This document shows positions 8,360 through 18,245 of a stretch of 42,560 nt of DNA, one piece after another. The notes beneath the pieces are model-generated. The model made no database searches, was not told the origin of the DNA, and was given only the letters and a program-made list of their open reading frames with translations. The position numbers and the translations under genes were made by a program. Each line of letters begins with the position of its first letter. Position 1 is the stretch's first letter. The DNA lies in IMG/VR virus record IMGVR_UViG_3300032104_000069, positions 1 to 42,560 of that record. One strand, given 5' to 3'. The DNA is from a virus (Duplodnaviria > Caudoviricetes).

Positions 8360-8560
8360 ATGGCCTGGACGCAAACGGATCTCGACGCCATCGAAGCGGC
8401 ACTCGCGAGCGGCGAGCTCACGATCCAGCACTCCGATGGCCGCCGAATCACCTATCGAACCATCCAGGAATTGAAGGCGGCGCGTGCCCTGGTGAAGGGA
8501 GAGCTGACGCCTCCGACCGTTGCCCGACAGCGACGGATCGTCACGCGGCCGGGGTGGTAG
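8360..8560 (+). CDS. gpW-like head-tail joining protein
   Basis: MAWTQTDLDAIEAALASG..GRRITYRTIQEL, located between terL and portal. Confidence 0.88.
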   Translation: MAWTQTDLDAIEAALASGELTIQHSDGRRITYRTIQELKAARALVKGELTPPTVARQRRIVTRPGW

Positions 8561-8561
8561 C

Positions 8562-10094
8562 GTGGCACGCCGCGGACGGGTGCTTCTCTACGACGCCAGC
8601 GGAAAGCCGATTGTCGCCTCAGGCTGGGATGCCTCGAGCCAAGCCAAGCGAGCGACCCATTGGAAGCCCACCAGTCAGAGCCTCAATGCGCTGCTCTCAG
8701 GAGAGCTCAGCACGCTGCGAGCGCGAAGCCGCGATGAGTTTCGGCGGAATGCCTGGGCAGCATCCGCAAGCGAAACCCGCGTCGTCAGTCTCGTGGGCGA
8801 TGGAATTCGGCCCAAGCCCGACACGGACGACGAGACTTTTCGGCGCGAGATTCTGAGCGCGTGGGCGCAGTGGGTCGACGATTGCGACGTCGACGGCACG
8901 TCGAGTTTCTATGGACTTCAGGCGCTTACGGCGCGTGGAGCCTTCGAAGGCGGAGACGGGCTACTCAGGTTCCGGCCACGCCGGCCCGGAGATGGACTCG
9001 CGGTGCCCCTCCAGCTTCAGGCTCTCGAAGCCGAGATGCTGGATCACACCAAGAATCAATCGTTGCCAAACGGTGGTGTCATCAAGGCTGGGATTGAGTT
9101 CGACATGATCGGGCGCCGCGTGGCCTATTGGCTGTTTCGCGACCATCCCGGTGAGATGATTCGCTTTCGGACCGACAGCCGATCGGTCCGGATTCCGGCC
9201 GACCAGGTCGTTCACGTTTTCCACGTGTTGCGCGCGGGACAGGTTCGAGGCGTGCCGGGACTCTCGACCGTGCTCGCGATGCTCCACGAGATCCGCGAAG
9301 TGGACGATGCGCACGTACTCAAAGTCAAGATTCACAACCTCTACGCCACCTTCGAGGAGGTTCCCGCCGAAGACGCAGCGAGCGTGCTCGATGCGATCGC
9401 CGACGTCGGCGAGGATGAGGACGAGGTCCCGATCACCACGGCGGCACCTGCGGCACACGTCCTCTTGCCGCCTGGCCACAAGATGAGCTACGGGCAGCCG
9501 CCGAAAGACAGCACCGATTACGAGGCCTTCATCCGGACCAAGCTCCGCGAGATCGCGTCCGGCGCGGGCGTCACCTATGAGCAAATCTCGGGTGATCTGA
9601 GCGGTGTGAACTTCAGCTCGATTCGAGCGGGCTTGATCGAATTCCGCCGGCAGATGGATCAGATCCAGTGCCAGGTACTGATCTTCCAGCTCTGCCGGCC
9701 GGTTTGGAGACGCTGGTTCGAGACGGCGGTGCTCTCAGGCGAGATCAAGATTCCAGAAGCGGAACGGCCGCGGATGTTCCAGCTCCTGCGGGCGCATTGG
9801 CAACCTCCGGGCTGGGAGTACGTGGAGCCCGAGAAAGACATTCGGGCGGCTGTTCGCCGGATTCGGGCGGGCCTTTCGAGTCGGTCGATCGAGGCAGCAA
9901 AGCTCGGACGCGACGTCGAAGAGCTAGACCGCCAGCTTGCGGCCGAGAAGAAGCGGGCCAAGGAACTCGGCCTCGTCTTCGACACCGATCCTGGCACCGA
10001 TGCGGACGGCGCGGCGCGCGCGGCCGCTGTGACCGATCCGGCCGAACCGGGGGAGGCGGGCAGTGCCGAAGAAGTTGGACAAGCCGCAGCCTGA
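8562..10094 (+). CDS. Portal protein, lambda family
   Basis: LRARSRD..RN, GIEFD..GRRVAYW, GQVRGVP and GDLSGVNFSSIRAGL motifs. GTG start at 8562. Confidence 0.96.
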   Translation: MARRGRVLLYDASGKPIVASGWDASSQAKRATHWKPTSQSLNALLSGELSTLRARSRDEFRRNAWAASASETRVVSLVGDGIRPKPDTDDETFRREILSAWAQWVDDCDVDGTSSFYGLQALTARGAFEGGDGLLRFRPRRPGDGLAVPLQLQALEAEMLDHTKNQSLPNGGVIKAGIEFDMIGRRVAYWLFRDHPGEMIRFRTDSRSVRIPADQVVHVFHVLRAGQVRGVPGLSTVLAMLHEIREVDDAHVLKVKIHNLYATFEEVPAEDAASVLDAIADVGEDEDEVPITTAAPAAHVLLPPGHKMSYGQPPKDSTDYEAFIRTKLREIASGAGVTYEQISGDLSGVNFSSIRAGLIEFRRQMDQIQCQVLIFQLCRPVWRRWFETAVLSGEIKIPEAERPRMFQLLRAHWQPPGWEYVEPEKDIRAAVRRIRAGLSSRSIEAAKLGRDVEELDRQLAAEKKRAKELGLVFDTDPGTDADGAARAAAVTDPAEPGEAGSAEEVGQAAA

Positions 10095-11316
10095 AGCGCT
10101 CTTCAAGCTCGCGATGCGGCTCTATAACCAGCCGCTATTGATCGACAAATCACGTCTCGACGCATTGCTGGCGCTGATTCGGACCGATCACGAGCTCGTC
10201 ACGCCGGAGGCGTTTTTCTTTTTCTTCGAGGAACCCGAGCCCGAGGATTTCCAGACGCGCGATGGCATCGCCTGGATCCAGATTCACCGATCGATGCTTC
10301 GGCCGCGCACTTACCTGCGGATTCGGAAACAAATCGAATCGGCGATCGCCTCTGCGAACGTGCGGGGAATTCTGCTCGACATCGATAGCCCTGGCGGCGA
10401 GGTCCACGGGCTGTTCGATCTGGCGGACTTCATTTTCGAAGCGAGAGAGGAGAAGCCGATCTGGGCGATCGCGAACGACGACGCATTTTCCGCGGCCTAC
10501 GCGATCGCGAGCGGCGCCGAGCGGATCTCTGTCACCCGGACAGGAGGGATCGGGAGCATCGGTGTAATCGCCGTGCACGTCGAATTCTCCAAAGCAGACG
10601 AGGCCGCCGGCGTCAAGTTCACGCCGATCTTTTCTGGTGAGCGAAAAGCCGACTTCATCGACTCGGAACCGCTCAGCGATACGGCTCGGCAGTTGCTTCA
10701 AGAGGAGGTCGACCGTCTTCGGACGCTGTTCGTAGAGACAGTCGCCCGCAACCGAGATCTATCGACGGAACTCATCCGAGATACCGAGGCGGGCATCTTT
10801 TTTGGGCCCGCGGGCGTGCCTCTGCTTGCAGACCAGGTGGAGAACATCGAAGAGGTTTTTGAAGCGTTCCAAATTTCAATCGCGACCAGCAGGCCGCGAG
10901 CCCGCGCGTCCGAAATAAAGGAGCAAGAGATGGCCGACCCGAAGAAGACGGCGAAAACCGATTCGAAGGTGGAAGCTGCGGAACAGCCGAAGGCAGGGGC
11001 CGGCGTCCTGGACCTCGATGCTGCTCGCGCCGAGGCGCGGAAGGAAGGCGCCGCCGAAGCCGAGAAGGAATCCGCGGCGCGCGCCGCCGCGATCCGGCTC
11101 CACTGCGACCTCTCCCACTGCCCGGAACGGTTCGGTGAGTTCCTGGACAGCGATCTCACGCCCGAGCAGGTCGGGAAGAAAATCCTCGACGAGCGCGCCA
11201 CCAGTGACCGGACGGAAGTGCACGGCCAGCACGGCGCCGGGAATGGCTCCGACCAGGAGCCCGTGATCAACACGGCAGAAGTCTACGCGCGCCGGCAGAT
11301 CAGCCCGGCAAGCTGA
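10063..11316 (+). CDS. S49 head maturation protease (gpC-like) with C-terminal scaffold
   Basis: LDIDSPGG, SAAYAIAS and GSIGV motifs. Confidence 0.93.
   Translation: MPKKLDKPQPEALFKLAMRLYNQPLLIDKSRLDALLALIRTDHELVTPEAFFFFFEEPEPEDFQTRDGIAWIQIHRSMLRPRTYLRIRKQIESAIASANVRGILLDIDSPGGEVHGLFDLADFIFEAREEKPIWAIANDDAFSAAYAIASGAERISVTRTGGIGSIGVIAVHVEFSKADEAAGVKFTPIFSGERKADFIDSEPLSDTARQLLQEEVDRLRTLFVETVARNRDLSTELIRDTEAGIFFGPAGVPLLADQVENIEEVFEAFQISIATSRPRARASEIKEQEMADPKKTAKTDSKVEAAEQPKAGAGVLDLDAARAEARKEGAAEAEKESAARAAAIRLHCDLSHCPERFGEFLDSDLTPEQVGKKILDERATSDRTEVHGQHGAGNGSDQEPVINTAEVYARRQISPAS
10930..11316 (+). CDS. Nested in-frame scaffold protein (Nu3-like)
   Basis: AAGGAG RBS (10918-10923) precedes an in-frame ATG at 10930. 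The product is Ala/Glu/Lys-rich, and the arrangement matches lambda C/Nu3. Confidence 0.65.
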   Translation: MADPKKTAKTDSKVEAAEQPKAGAGVLDLDAARAEARKEGAAEAEKESAARAAAIRLHCDLSHCPERFGEFLDSDLTPEQVGKKILDERATSDRTEVHGQHGAGNGSDQEPVINTAEVYARRQISPAS

Positions 11317-11392
11317 CTCAACACACCCCGATTCACTGATAATTCTGATGCCCCGGCGCGTGCACGCGCCGCCGCTTGAACGGAGGCTAGTC

Positions 11393-12037
11393 ATGGCCGA
11401 GAAAGTCGAAACCACCCACGCTGGCGAGTTCATCGTTTCCGAGGCTCCGGGATCCCTGTCGCGCGAGAAGGTGACGGTCCTATCCGGAGAGAACCTCGTC
11501 GCCGCTGCGGTGGTCGGCAAGGTGACGAAGGGCACCGCGTCCGCCGTCGCCGATGCCGGCAACACGGGCAACGGCGCCATGGGAGCGATCACCGTCGGGA
11601 CCGACTCGAAGCCGGGTACCTATCGGCTCACGGTGATTCAAGCCGTCGCGGCCGCGGGCGCGTTCATCGTCGACGATCCGGATGGCATCAACATCGGACA
11701 GGGCGACGTTGCGTCCGCCTTCAGCGAAGCGGGCCTGAGCTTCACGCTGGCGGATGGCGCCGTCGACTTCGCTGCGGGCGATGCCTTCGACATCATTGTC
11801 GCGGCGGGCAGCGGGAAGGTCGTGGAACACAACCCGGCCGGGGCCGACGGTCGCGAGATCGCCGCCGGCGTTCTCTTCGATGCAGTCGACGCCACGCTCG
11901 CCGATAAGGGCGGGGTGCTTGTCTCTCGGCTCGCCGAGGTCAACCTCAGCGAGCTCGTGTTCAAAGCGGCCATGATCCAGGGCGACAAGGACAAGGCCGT
12001 CGCCGATCTCGCCGTGAACTTCGTTATCGCTCGATAA
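11393..12037 (+). CDS. Head decoration protein (gpD-like) with an inserted beta domain
   Basis: GGAGG RBS. Motifs GEFIVSEA..SRE.VTV.SG and ADG.EIAAGVLF..VDAT; Gly/Ala-rich insertion. Confidence 0.85.
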   Translation: MAEKVETTHAGEFIVSEAPGSLSREKVTVLSGENLVAAAVVGKVTKGTASAVADAGNTGNGAMGAITVGTDSKPGTYRLTVIQAVAAAGAFIVDDPDGINIGQGDVASAFSEAGLSFTLADGAVDFAAGDAFDIIVAAGSGKVVEHNPAGADGREIAAGVLFDAVDATLADKGGVLVSRLAEVNLSELVFKAAMIQGDKDKAVADLAVNFVIAR

Positions 12038-12108
12038 CGACCACCTAACAACCTTTCGTTTCAACAGGATCGCAAGGCGAGTTTTCGTCGCGCGATAGGA
12101 GCCCAATC

Positions 12109-13182
12109 ATGCCTGTGCTCGATGTCTTCTCAGGGAATGCGTTCTCGACGATCACCCTCACGGATGCCGTCAACAAGATGCCGTTCGTGCCCGGGCGTGC
12201 CGGAAGTCTGGGCATCTTTCGCGAATTCGGGATTCCGACGACCACGATGATGATCGAGGAGCGAGAAGGATCCCTGATTCTGATCCCGGTAACCCGACGC
12301 GGTGAGCCGGCGGTCCAGAATGCCGTGAACAAGCGTAAGGCCCGATCGCTCGTGATCCCGCACCTGGCGCTCGAGGACACGGTTCTGGCGAGCGAGGTCC
12401 AGGACGTTCGTGAGTTCGGCCAGGAGAACGCTCTCCAGGCCGTGCAGACCGTGGTGAATCAGCGGCTTGAGGAGGTGACCTCGAAGCTGGACGCGACCCT
12501 CGAGCACTTGCGCATCGGCGCACTCAAAGGCCAGATTCTCGACTCGGACGGGGCGACCGTGATCTTCGATCTATTCTTTGAGTTCGGCGTCACGCAGATC
12601 ACCGAGAAGAATTTCGACTTCGCCGTAGCGGCTGACGGTGAGATTCGAAAGAAGTGCCACGCGATCATCCGAGAGACGGAGGATGAGCTCGGCGCGCTGC
12701 TCTTCGATCACATCCATGCGTTTTGCTCTTCGGCTTTCTTCGACGACCTGGTGGCAAACTCCGAGGTCAGCACCGCCTACATCCGATGGGCGAACACGAA
12801 TGCCGAGATCATCACAGCCGCCGGATCATCGGGTGTCGGAGGCACGTCCGGTCAGCAAGGTGATTGGTTGCGGATCGGCCTCGCGCGGCGAGGGTTTCCC
12901 TACGCCGGGATCATGTTCGAGGAGTACCGCGGCAAGGTGGGAGGCGTCGCCTTCATTCCCGACGACAAGGCAATCTTCTTCCCCGTCGGGGCGCCGGGGC
13001 TCTTCAGCAATCCGTTCGCGCCGGCCGACTTCATGGAAGCCGCGAATTCAATCGGACTGCCTCGGTACGCGAAGCAGGCGATCGACCAGGATTTCCAGCG
13101 CTGGGTGAAGCTGCACGTGCAGTCGAATCCGCTTCCGATCTGCACCCGGCCGCGCGTGCTGCAAATCGCACGACGCATCTAA
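12109..13182 (+). CDS. Major capsid protein (lambda gpE family)
   Basis: LTDAVNKMP, TLEHLRIGALKG.ILD.DG, FAPAD and QSNPLPICTRP motifs. Confidence 0.95.
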   Translation: MPVLDVFSGNAFSTITLTDAVNKMPFVPGRAGSLGIFREFGIPTTTMMIEEREGSLILIPVTRRGEPAVQNAVNKRKARSLVIPHLALEDTVLASEVQDVREFGQENALQAVQTVVNQRLEEVTSKLDATLEHLRIGALKGQILDSDGATVIFDLFFEFGVTQITEKNFDFAVAADGEIRKKCHAIIRETEDELGALLFDHIHAFCSSAFFDDLVANSEVSTAYIRWANTNAEIITAAGSSGVGGTSGQQGDWLRIGLARRGFPYAGIMFEEYRGKVGGVAFIPDDKAIFFPVGAPGLFSNPFAPADFMEAANSIGLPRYAKQAIDQDFQRWVKLHVQSNPLPICTRPRVLQIARRI

Positions 13183-13197
13183 TCCTCGCTGAAGCCT

Positions 13198-13533
13198 GTG
13201 CCCGACTGGACGGATGTCGAGGCCCGCCTCGATCAGAAGATCCGCGACAGCGCGCTTGCTGAGCCCGTCACTTACACGTCGTTTGGAGGTACAGCCCGGT
13301 CGATCCGCGGCGTGTTCAGCCCCACGAGCGTCGAGGTCGATGCCGAGACCAGCGTCCTGGTTCGAACGAATCGGATCGTTCTCTCCGTTCGTCTCTCCGA
13401 CCTCGAGTTCGATCCCGACGCCGGCGACGAAGCCGATGAGGTGACCGTGCGAGGCGTCGACTACCGGGTCGTCGACGTCGAGCGGGTCGGCGCCGACTGG
13501 GTGGACCTGCACCTCCACCGCAAGGAGCCCTGA
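13198..13533 (+). CDS. Head-tail joining protein
   Basis: Follows the major capsid gene. Pattern EPVTYT..G..RSIRGVF...VRGVDYRVVDVE. Confidence 0.75.
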   Translation: MPDWTDVEARLDQKIRDSALAEPVTYTSFGGTARSIRGVFSPTSVEVDAETSVLVRTNRIVLSVRLSDLEFDPDAGDEADEVTVRGVDYRVVDVERVGADWVDLHLHRKEP

Positions 13534-14066
13534 TGCACCCGCGCCGGAAAATTCGGAACTTCGTCGGCGATGCACTGAACGCCAACCAACGCATTGCGCC
13601 CCGCGTCGGCGTGGGCCGGGTGATCCCGGTCGGGGTCTCGAAGCTCCCGAGCATCGAGGTCTACACGGGCCGCGAACGCGTCGAGGATCTCGTTGGCGAA
13701 GGGCCCCGCATCGAGAAGCGCATCGTCGATCTTCGTGTCGAGATCCAGGTGGATGCTGCGTCTGCCTCCGCGGCCCAGGACCTGCTCGACGACTTCGCCG
13801 AACAGGTGACGTTCTCCGTCCTCGAAGACGAGACACAGGGCGGCGTCGCCTGGTTCACGGAGTATCGGGAGACGATCGTCGGCGTGTCGTCCGAAGGCGA
13901 TGACGTGATCGTGTCGCTCGTGATCGGATTCGACGTGACGTACGAGTTCGAATACGGCGATCGCAGTCTGCCCGACGCCAAGGGCATCGATGCGGATATC
14001 GATATCGAATCCGAGACGGCTGGCCAGATCGAGGAGCAGGTCATCGTCACGCTCCCCACGAGCTGA
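13533..14066 (+). CDS. Tail terminator/completion protein
   Basis: Acidic protein MHPRRKIR..LPSIEVYT..E..LDDFAEQV at the neck position. Confidence 0.65.
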   Translation: MHPRRKIRNFVGDALNANQRIAPRVGVGRVIPVGVSKLPSIEVYTGRERVEDLVGEGPRIEKRIVDLRVEIQVDAASASAAQDLLDDFAEQVTFSVLEDETQGGVAWFTEYRETIVGVSSEGDDVIVSLVIGFDVTYEFEYGDRSLPDAKGIDADIDIESETAGQIEEQVIVTLPTS

Positions 14067-14087
14067 TCACCCACCAGGAGAAACGCG

Positions 14088-14330
14088 ATGGAGCGTCTGC
14101 ACCTTCGACCGCGAAAGCTGAAGCCGGCAGAGGCCCTCGCGTTCGGACTCAAGGAGTCGGATTGCCTTCGGGTGCTCGACCCGATGACGAACCGTCCGCT
14201 TCCAGAAGCGGGTCAATCGGCGGTCCAGTCCTCATACTGGTTCAAGCGTGTCAAAGATGGAGACGTCGAGATTGAGCAGCCGGCCGCGCGTGGACGTGGC
14301 CGATCCCGTTCGGACTCGGGGAAGGAGTAA
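14088..14330 (+). CDS. DUF2635 / Mu gp38-like protein
   Basis: RVLDPMTNRPLPEAG..SSYWFKRVKDGDV, immediately before the sheath gene. Confidence 0.85.
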   Translation: MERLHLRPRKLKPAEALAFGLKESDCLRVLDPMTNRPLPEAGQSAVQSSYWFKRVKDGDVEIEQPAARGRGRSRSDSGKE

Positions 14331-14333
14331 TCG

Positions 14334-15800
14334 ATGGAGATCGACTTCAATTTGATTCCGGTCTCGCTCCTCGTCCCCGGTGTCTTCGCCGAAATCGACG
14401 AGTCGAAGGCGAGCTCCGGACCTGCAGTGCAGAAATACCGGGCCCTGATCCTGGCACAAAAGACGACCGCGGGTTCGGCGGCGGCAGACGTTCCTGTGGG
14501 TGTTCCGAATGCTGAGGACGCCAATTCGCTATTCGGCGAGGGCTCGATGGCTGCGCGTATGGTACAGAAATTCCGCGGCCGAAACCTGTTCACTGAGCTC
14601 GACGTGATCCCACTCGACGATCTCGTCGCCGGCGTCTTGGCGACAGGAACTTTCACGTTTGTGGGCACAGCGACTGGGGCCGGGACGATCTTTTTGTATA
14701 TCGGAGGCGACAGGCTTAGGGCAGCCGTCGCGAATGGCGACACCGGGACGATCATCGCCACCGCAGTCGTTGACGCCATCAACGCGGCCGAAGGTCTTGC
14801 GATCACTGCGACATCCGCGATCGCTACAGTGACTTTCACCGCGCGAAACAAGGGCGAGGTCGGGAACAAGATTGATCTGCGCGTCAACCACAACCCTGGC
14901 GAAGCCCTCCCAGCAGGCATCGCTGTGACTGGCGGCCTCATGGCGGGCGGCAGCGGGAATCCGACACTCACCGCGGCGATCGCCGCCATGGGCGAGACCC
15001 AGTACAACGTGATCGCCTTCCCGTACGTCGACACCACGAGCCTGACGGATATCGAAACCGAGCTCCTGGATCGGTGGGGGCCCCTGCGCGCGAACGACGG
15101 GGTCGCGATCGCGGCAGAACAGGACACCATCGGCGCTCTCCAGACCTTGGGCAACGCGCGAAACTCTCAGTTCGTTTCGATTCTCGGGCTCGATTCGTTC
15201 CCCGGGATTCCGGCGGAGCGCGCCGCCCAGGCCGCGGGACTCGTCGCCTTCTTCGGTGCGAGCGATCCCGCGCGCCCCTTCCAAACACTCAGGCTCTCGG
15301 GCCTGGCACCGGCCGAGATCGATCGGTTCACGATCCAGGAGCGCAACCTGTTGCTCGAGGACGGGATCTCGACGCTCGTCACCGGGCCCGGTGGTGCGAT
15401 TCAGATCAACCGGCTCGTCACGACCCGAACGAAAAACGATTCGGGATTCGCCGATACCGCGTTCCGCGACGTCAACGACGTGCTGCAGCTGGGGTTCTAT
15501 CGATTCTCTTGGGCCAAGCGGATGAGGCTTCGGTTCCCCCGTCACAAACTGGCGGAAGAGATCTCAGGGGTCTTCGACGGGGGCCAAGACATCCTTACGC
15601 CAATGGGTGCCAAGACCGAGAGCATCGCGCATTACGGCGAACTCGAGGCTCTCGGGATCGTCCAGGATCCGCGCTTCTTTGCCGACAACACGAAGTTCGA
15701 GATCGGCGCGGCCGATCCGAACCGGCTCAACGGCGTCCTCGCACCGAGGCTGACGGGTCAGGCCCGCGTCATCGCCGGGAAGGTCCAGTTCCGCGAGTAG
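14334..15800 (+). CDS. Tail sheath protein (Mu gpL-like)
   Basis: VPGVFAEID.S.A, FGEGSM, DPARPFQTL, ERNLLL.DGIST and RFPRHKLA motifs. Confidence 0.95.
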   Translation: MEIDFNLIPVSLLVPGVFAEIDESKASSGPAVQKYRALILAQKTTAGSAAADVPVGVPNAEDANSLFGEGSMAARMVQKFRGRNLFTELDVIPLDDLVAGVLATGTFTFVGTATGAGTIFLYIGGDRLRAAVANGDTGTIIATAVVDAINAAEGLAITATSAIATVTFTARNKGEVGNKIDLRVNHNPGEALPAGIAVTGGLMAGGSGNPTLTAAIAAMGETQYNVIAFPYVDTTSLTDIETELLDRWGPLRANDGVAIAAEQDTIGALQTLGNARNSQFVSILGLDSFPGIPAERAAQAAGLVAFFGASDPARPFQTLRLSGLAPAEIDRFTIQERNLLLEDGISTLVTGPGGAIQINRLVTTRTKNDSGFADTAFRDVNDVLQLGFYRFSWAKRMRLRFPRHKLAEEISGVFDGGQDILTPMGAKTESIAHYGELEALGIVQDPRFFADNTKFEIGAADPNRLNGVLAPRLTGQARVIAGKVQFRE

Positions 15801-15876
15801 CCATCCGCAACCGCGATTAGCCGCCCACCACCGCGAGTAGCCGACCGTAACCGCGAGTCCCATCCACAACCTCGAG
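15791..15876 (+). repeat. Degenerate ~20-bp tandem repeat (4 copies plus a partial)
   Basis: CCGCGAGTAGCCATCCGCAA / CCGCGATTAGCCGCCCACCA / CCGCGAGTAGCCGACCGTAA / CCGCGAGTCCCATCCACAA / CCTCGAG. Confidence 0.8.
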
Positions 15877-15896
15877 CGCATCACGGGAGGCATCTT

Positions 15897-16265
15897 ATGC
15901 CCGCCGAACACGTCGCCGGCGTTCTTTCGTTTCAGTTGAACGGAAAGACTCTCCGAATGAAAGGCAATTGGATCTACAACCTCGGCCGACCCAAGCGCGA
16001 CGCGATCGTCGGGGCCGAAAGCGTTCACGGATACACGGAAAAGCCGCAGGTGCCGTTCATGGAGGGAGCGGTGACCGACGGCAGGAGCGTCGTTCTCGAC
16101 GACCTTCTCAACTTCACCGACGGGACCTGCACGCTCCATCTCCGCAACGGGAAGGTGATCGAGCTCCGAAACGGCTGGTTCGCTGGCGAGGGGACCGTCG
16201 ACACCGAAGAGTCGGAGATCGCGGTGCGCTTCGAGGGCCTGGGTGCTGAGGAGGTTCGGCCTTGA
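15897..16265 (+). CDS. Tail tube protein (Mu gpM-like)
   Basis: AG......NG..L...G..VHGYTEKP..PF.E...L.NGK..VRFEG; GGAGG RBS. Confidence 0.93.
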   Translation: MPAEHVAGVLSFQLNGKTLRMKGNWIYNLGRPKRDAIVGAESVHGYTEKPQVPFMEGAVTDGRSVVLDDLLNFTDGTCTLHLRNGKVIELRNGWFAGEGTVDTEESEIAVRFEGLGAEEVRP

Positions 16266-16537
16266 GTGACGTATCTCGAAACATTGTCCGCACGCTGAAA
16301 CTCACCGATGCGATTCACGACGCCGGTCGTACGATCGAGACGCTGGAGTTCGCCAAACCGCGGGCGCGACATCTGAAGGTGATCGATGCGGCTCCTGGAG
16401 CGGTAACCCAGGGGATCCGGTTGATCGCGTCGCTATGCGACGTCAGCGAAGATGCCATCGACGAACTCGCGGTGGAGGACTTCGAGGCGGCCGCAGAGAT
16501 TGTCGCAGGTTTTTTTTCGGAAAGCGGATCGGACTGA
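16262..16537 (+). CDS. Tail assembly chaperone
   Basis: P.ARHLK..LIASLC.V....IDEL..EDF.....VAGFF. Confidence 0.88.
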   Translation: MSDVSRNIVRTLKLTDAIHDAGRTIETLEFAKPRARHLKVIDAAPGAVTQGIRLIASLCDVSEDAIDELAVEDFEAAAEIVAGFFSESGSD

Positions 16538-16716
16538 GGATCAGGTTGCCGCGGCGATGGCGAGATGCCCTCGGTGATCTCGCCTACGCGTTCCACTGGA
16601 GTCCAGCAGTACTTTGGGATCTTGAGCTGGACGAAATCGCAATGTGGGTCGCCCAGCTTCGACGGATCCATTTGCAAATCGAGAAGGATATTGCGCGACG
16701 ACTCCGTGTACGTTGA
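16262..16716 (+). CDS. -1 frameshift-extended chaperone (gpE+E'/gpGT-like)
   Basis: Slippery GGTTTTTTTTC at about 16508-16518. The -1 frame encodes GDLAYAFHWSPAVLWDLELDEIAMW, which resembles P2 gpE'. Confidence 0.8.
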
Positions 16717-16757
16717 CTTCTTGATAACGCTGCACGCAGCCGATTGGAGTGCGAATA

Positions 16758-18242
16758 GTGGGCAAGAAGAAGATCGAGATCGTCGTCTCGGCCGTCGACA
16801 AGGCCACACGCAACGTCCGCAAAATCAACGACAGCCTCGGCCGGTTGCGAGCGCCAATCGCGAAGCTACGTCTTTCCTTCCGGTCGCTGGCGCGTGCGGC
16901 GAATTTCGGGAAGATTGGCGACCGGTTTCGGCGCCTGGGGCGGACCATGCGTCGCGTGGGTATCGCCGCGACGGGTGCCGCAGTCGCCTTGGGAATAGCG
17001 ATCAAACGTTTCGCCGCGAGAGGTGACCTGCTGGCGAAGACCGCTCGCAAGCTCGGTCTTGGCGTCGAGACGCTTCAAGAACTGCGGTTCGCGGCCGACC
17101 GCTCGGGCGTTGGGATCGAGAAGTTCGACAAAGCTCTCGCTGGGATGTCCAAGCGCATTGGCGAGGCAAAGGCAGGTACCGGGCAGCTCATCACGTTTCT
17201 GAAAAAGGGCAATCCGGTCCTGCTTAAACAGCTGAAGGCGGTGACATCGAACGAAGAAGCGTTCAACCTGATGGTGGACGCTATCACTTCGCTGGAGGAT
17301 CCCACCGCGAAGGCTGCCCTCGCATCGGCGGCCTTCGGGCGAACGGGTGTCGACCTCATCAACGTGCTTGCGCTGGGTCGCGATGGCGTACAAGAGCTTC
17401 GTCAGGAGTTTCGCGAGCTCGGTGGATCCATCACCCAGGAAGGCGCCGAGAGCAGCGAAGAGTTCACGGACGCGATGACCAATCTCAAAGCCGTCGTAAG
17501 CGGAATTGGCGCCACCTTCACCACGCAGCTTCTGCCGCGTCTCACGGACTTGGCCGATCGGACAACGACCTGGCTCAAGGCAAACCGAGAGCTCGTAGAT
17601 AAAGGTCTCAGGGGAGTCGGCAACGTAATTCTGTCCATGATCGAGTTCATTCCGAAGTTCATTGGGACGGTGAAGTCCATCGTCAGCGCGTTCGGCGGAC
17701 TGCGCACGATCGCGATCGTGTTGGCAGGCGTTATCGCCTTTCAGCTGGCTTCAGCGATCGCGGCAGCCATCCCCGTGATCCTGGCCTTTGGAGCCGCGCT
17801 GTTCGCGAACCCCATCGGGCTCGTGATCCTGGCGGTCACCGCGCTCGCAGGAATTGTCTCACTGGTGATCGCGAAATGGAAGCCTATATCGGGCTTCTTC
17901 AAGAAGCTGTGGAGTGGGATTCTCTCGGCGTTTGAGCCGGTCGCGATCTTCTTCGAAAACCTGTGGAGTGGAATTCTCTCGGGGTTTGAGTCGATCCGCT
18001 CTGTGATCCCAGACTTCCTAGCCGGATCTCTCGGTCTCGGGCCGATCGGGGTGCAGCTCGCCGGTGCAACGGCTGGAGGTGGGTCACTGCCCGCGCCTCC
18101 GCCCGTGCAGGCCGAGGTCAACGGCAAGGTCGCCGCTGTCATCAAAATCGAATCCGAGGTTCCTGTGCGCGTCACACAGCTTTCTGCAGAGGGCGACGCC
18201 GAGATCGCTGTGGACTCAGGACCGGTTATGTCAGGGATTTAG
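16758..18242 (+). CDS. Tail tape measure protein (short, ~494 aa)
   Basis: SAVDKAT N-terminus, helical Ala/Leu/Lys-rich body, ANPIGLVI and LWSGILS repeats. Confidence 0.9.
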   Translation: MGKKKIEIVVSAVDKATRNVRKINDSLGRLRAPIAKLRLSFRSLARAANFGKIGDRFRRLGRTMRRVGIAATGAAVALGIAIKRFAARGDLLAKTARKLGLGVETLQELRFAADRSGVGIEKFDKALAGMSKRIGEAKAGTGQLITFLKKGNPVLLKQLKAVTSNEEAFNLMVDAITSLEDPTAKAALASAAFGRTGVDLINVLALGRDGVQELRQEFRELGGSITQEGAESSEEFTDAMTNLKAVVSGIGATFTTQLLPRLTDLADRTTTWLKANRELVDKGLRGVGNVILSMIEFIPKFIGTVKSIVSAFGGLRTIAIVLAGVIAFQLASAIAAAIPVILAFGAALFANPIGLVILAVTALAGIVSLVIAKWKPISGFFKKLWSGILSAFEPVAIFFENLWSGILSGFESIRSVIPDFLAGSLGLGPIGVQLAGATAGGGSLPAPPPVQAEVNGKVAAVIKIESEVPVRVTQLSAEGDAEIAVDSGPVMSGI

Positions 18243-18245
18243 TCC

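Noticed and set aside
15791-15876. Mini CRISPR array
   Set aside because: The period is only 20 bp, the variable parts are about 8 nt and similar to each other, and there are no cas genes.
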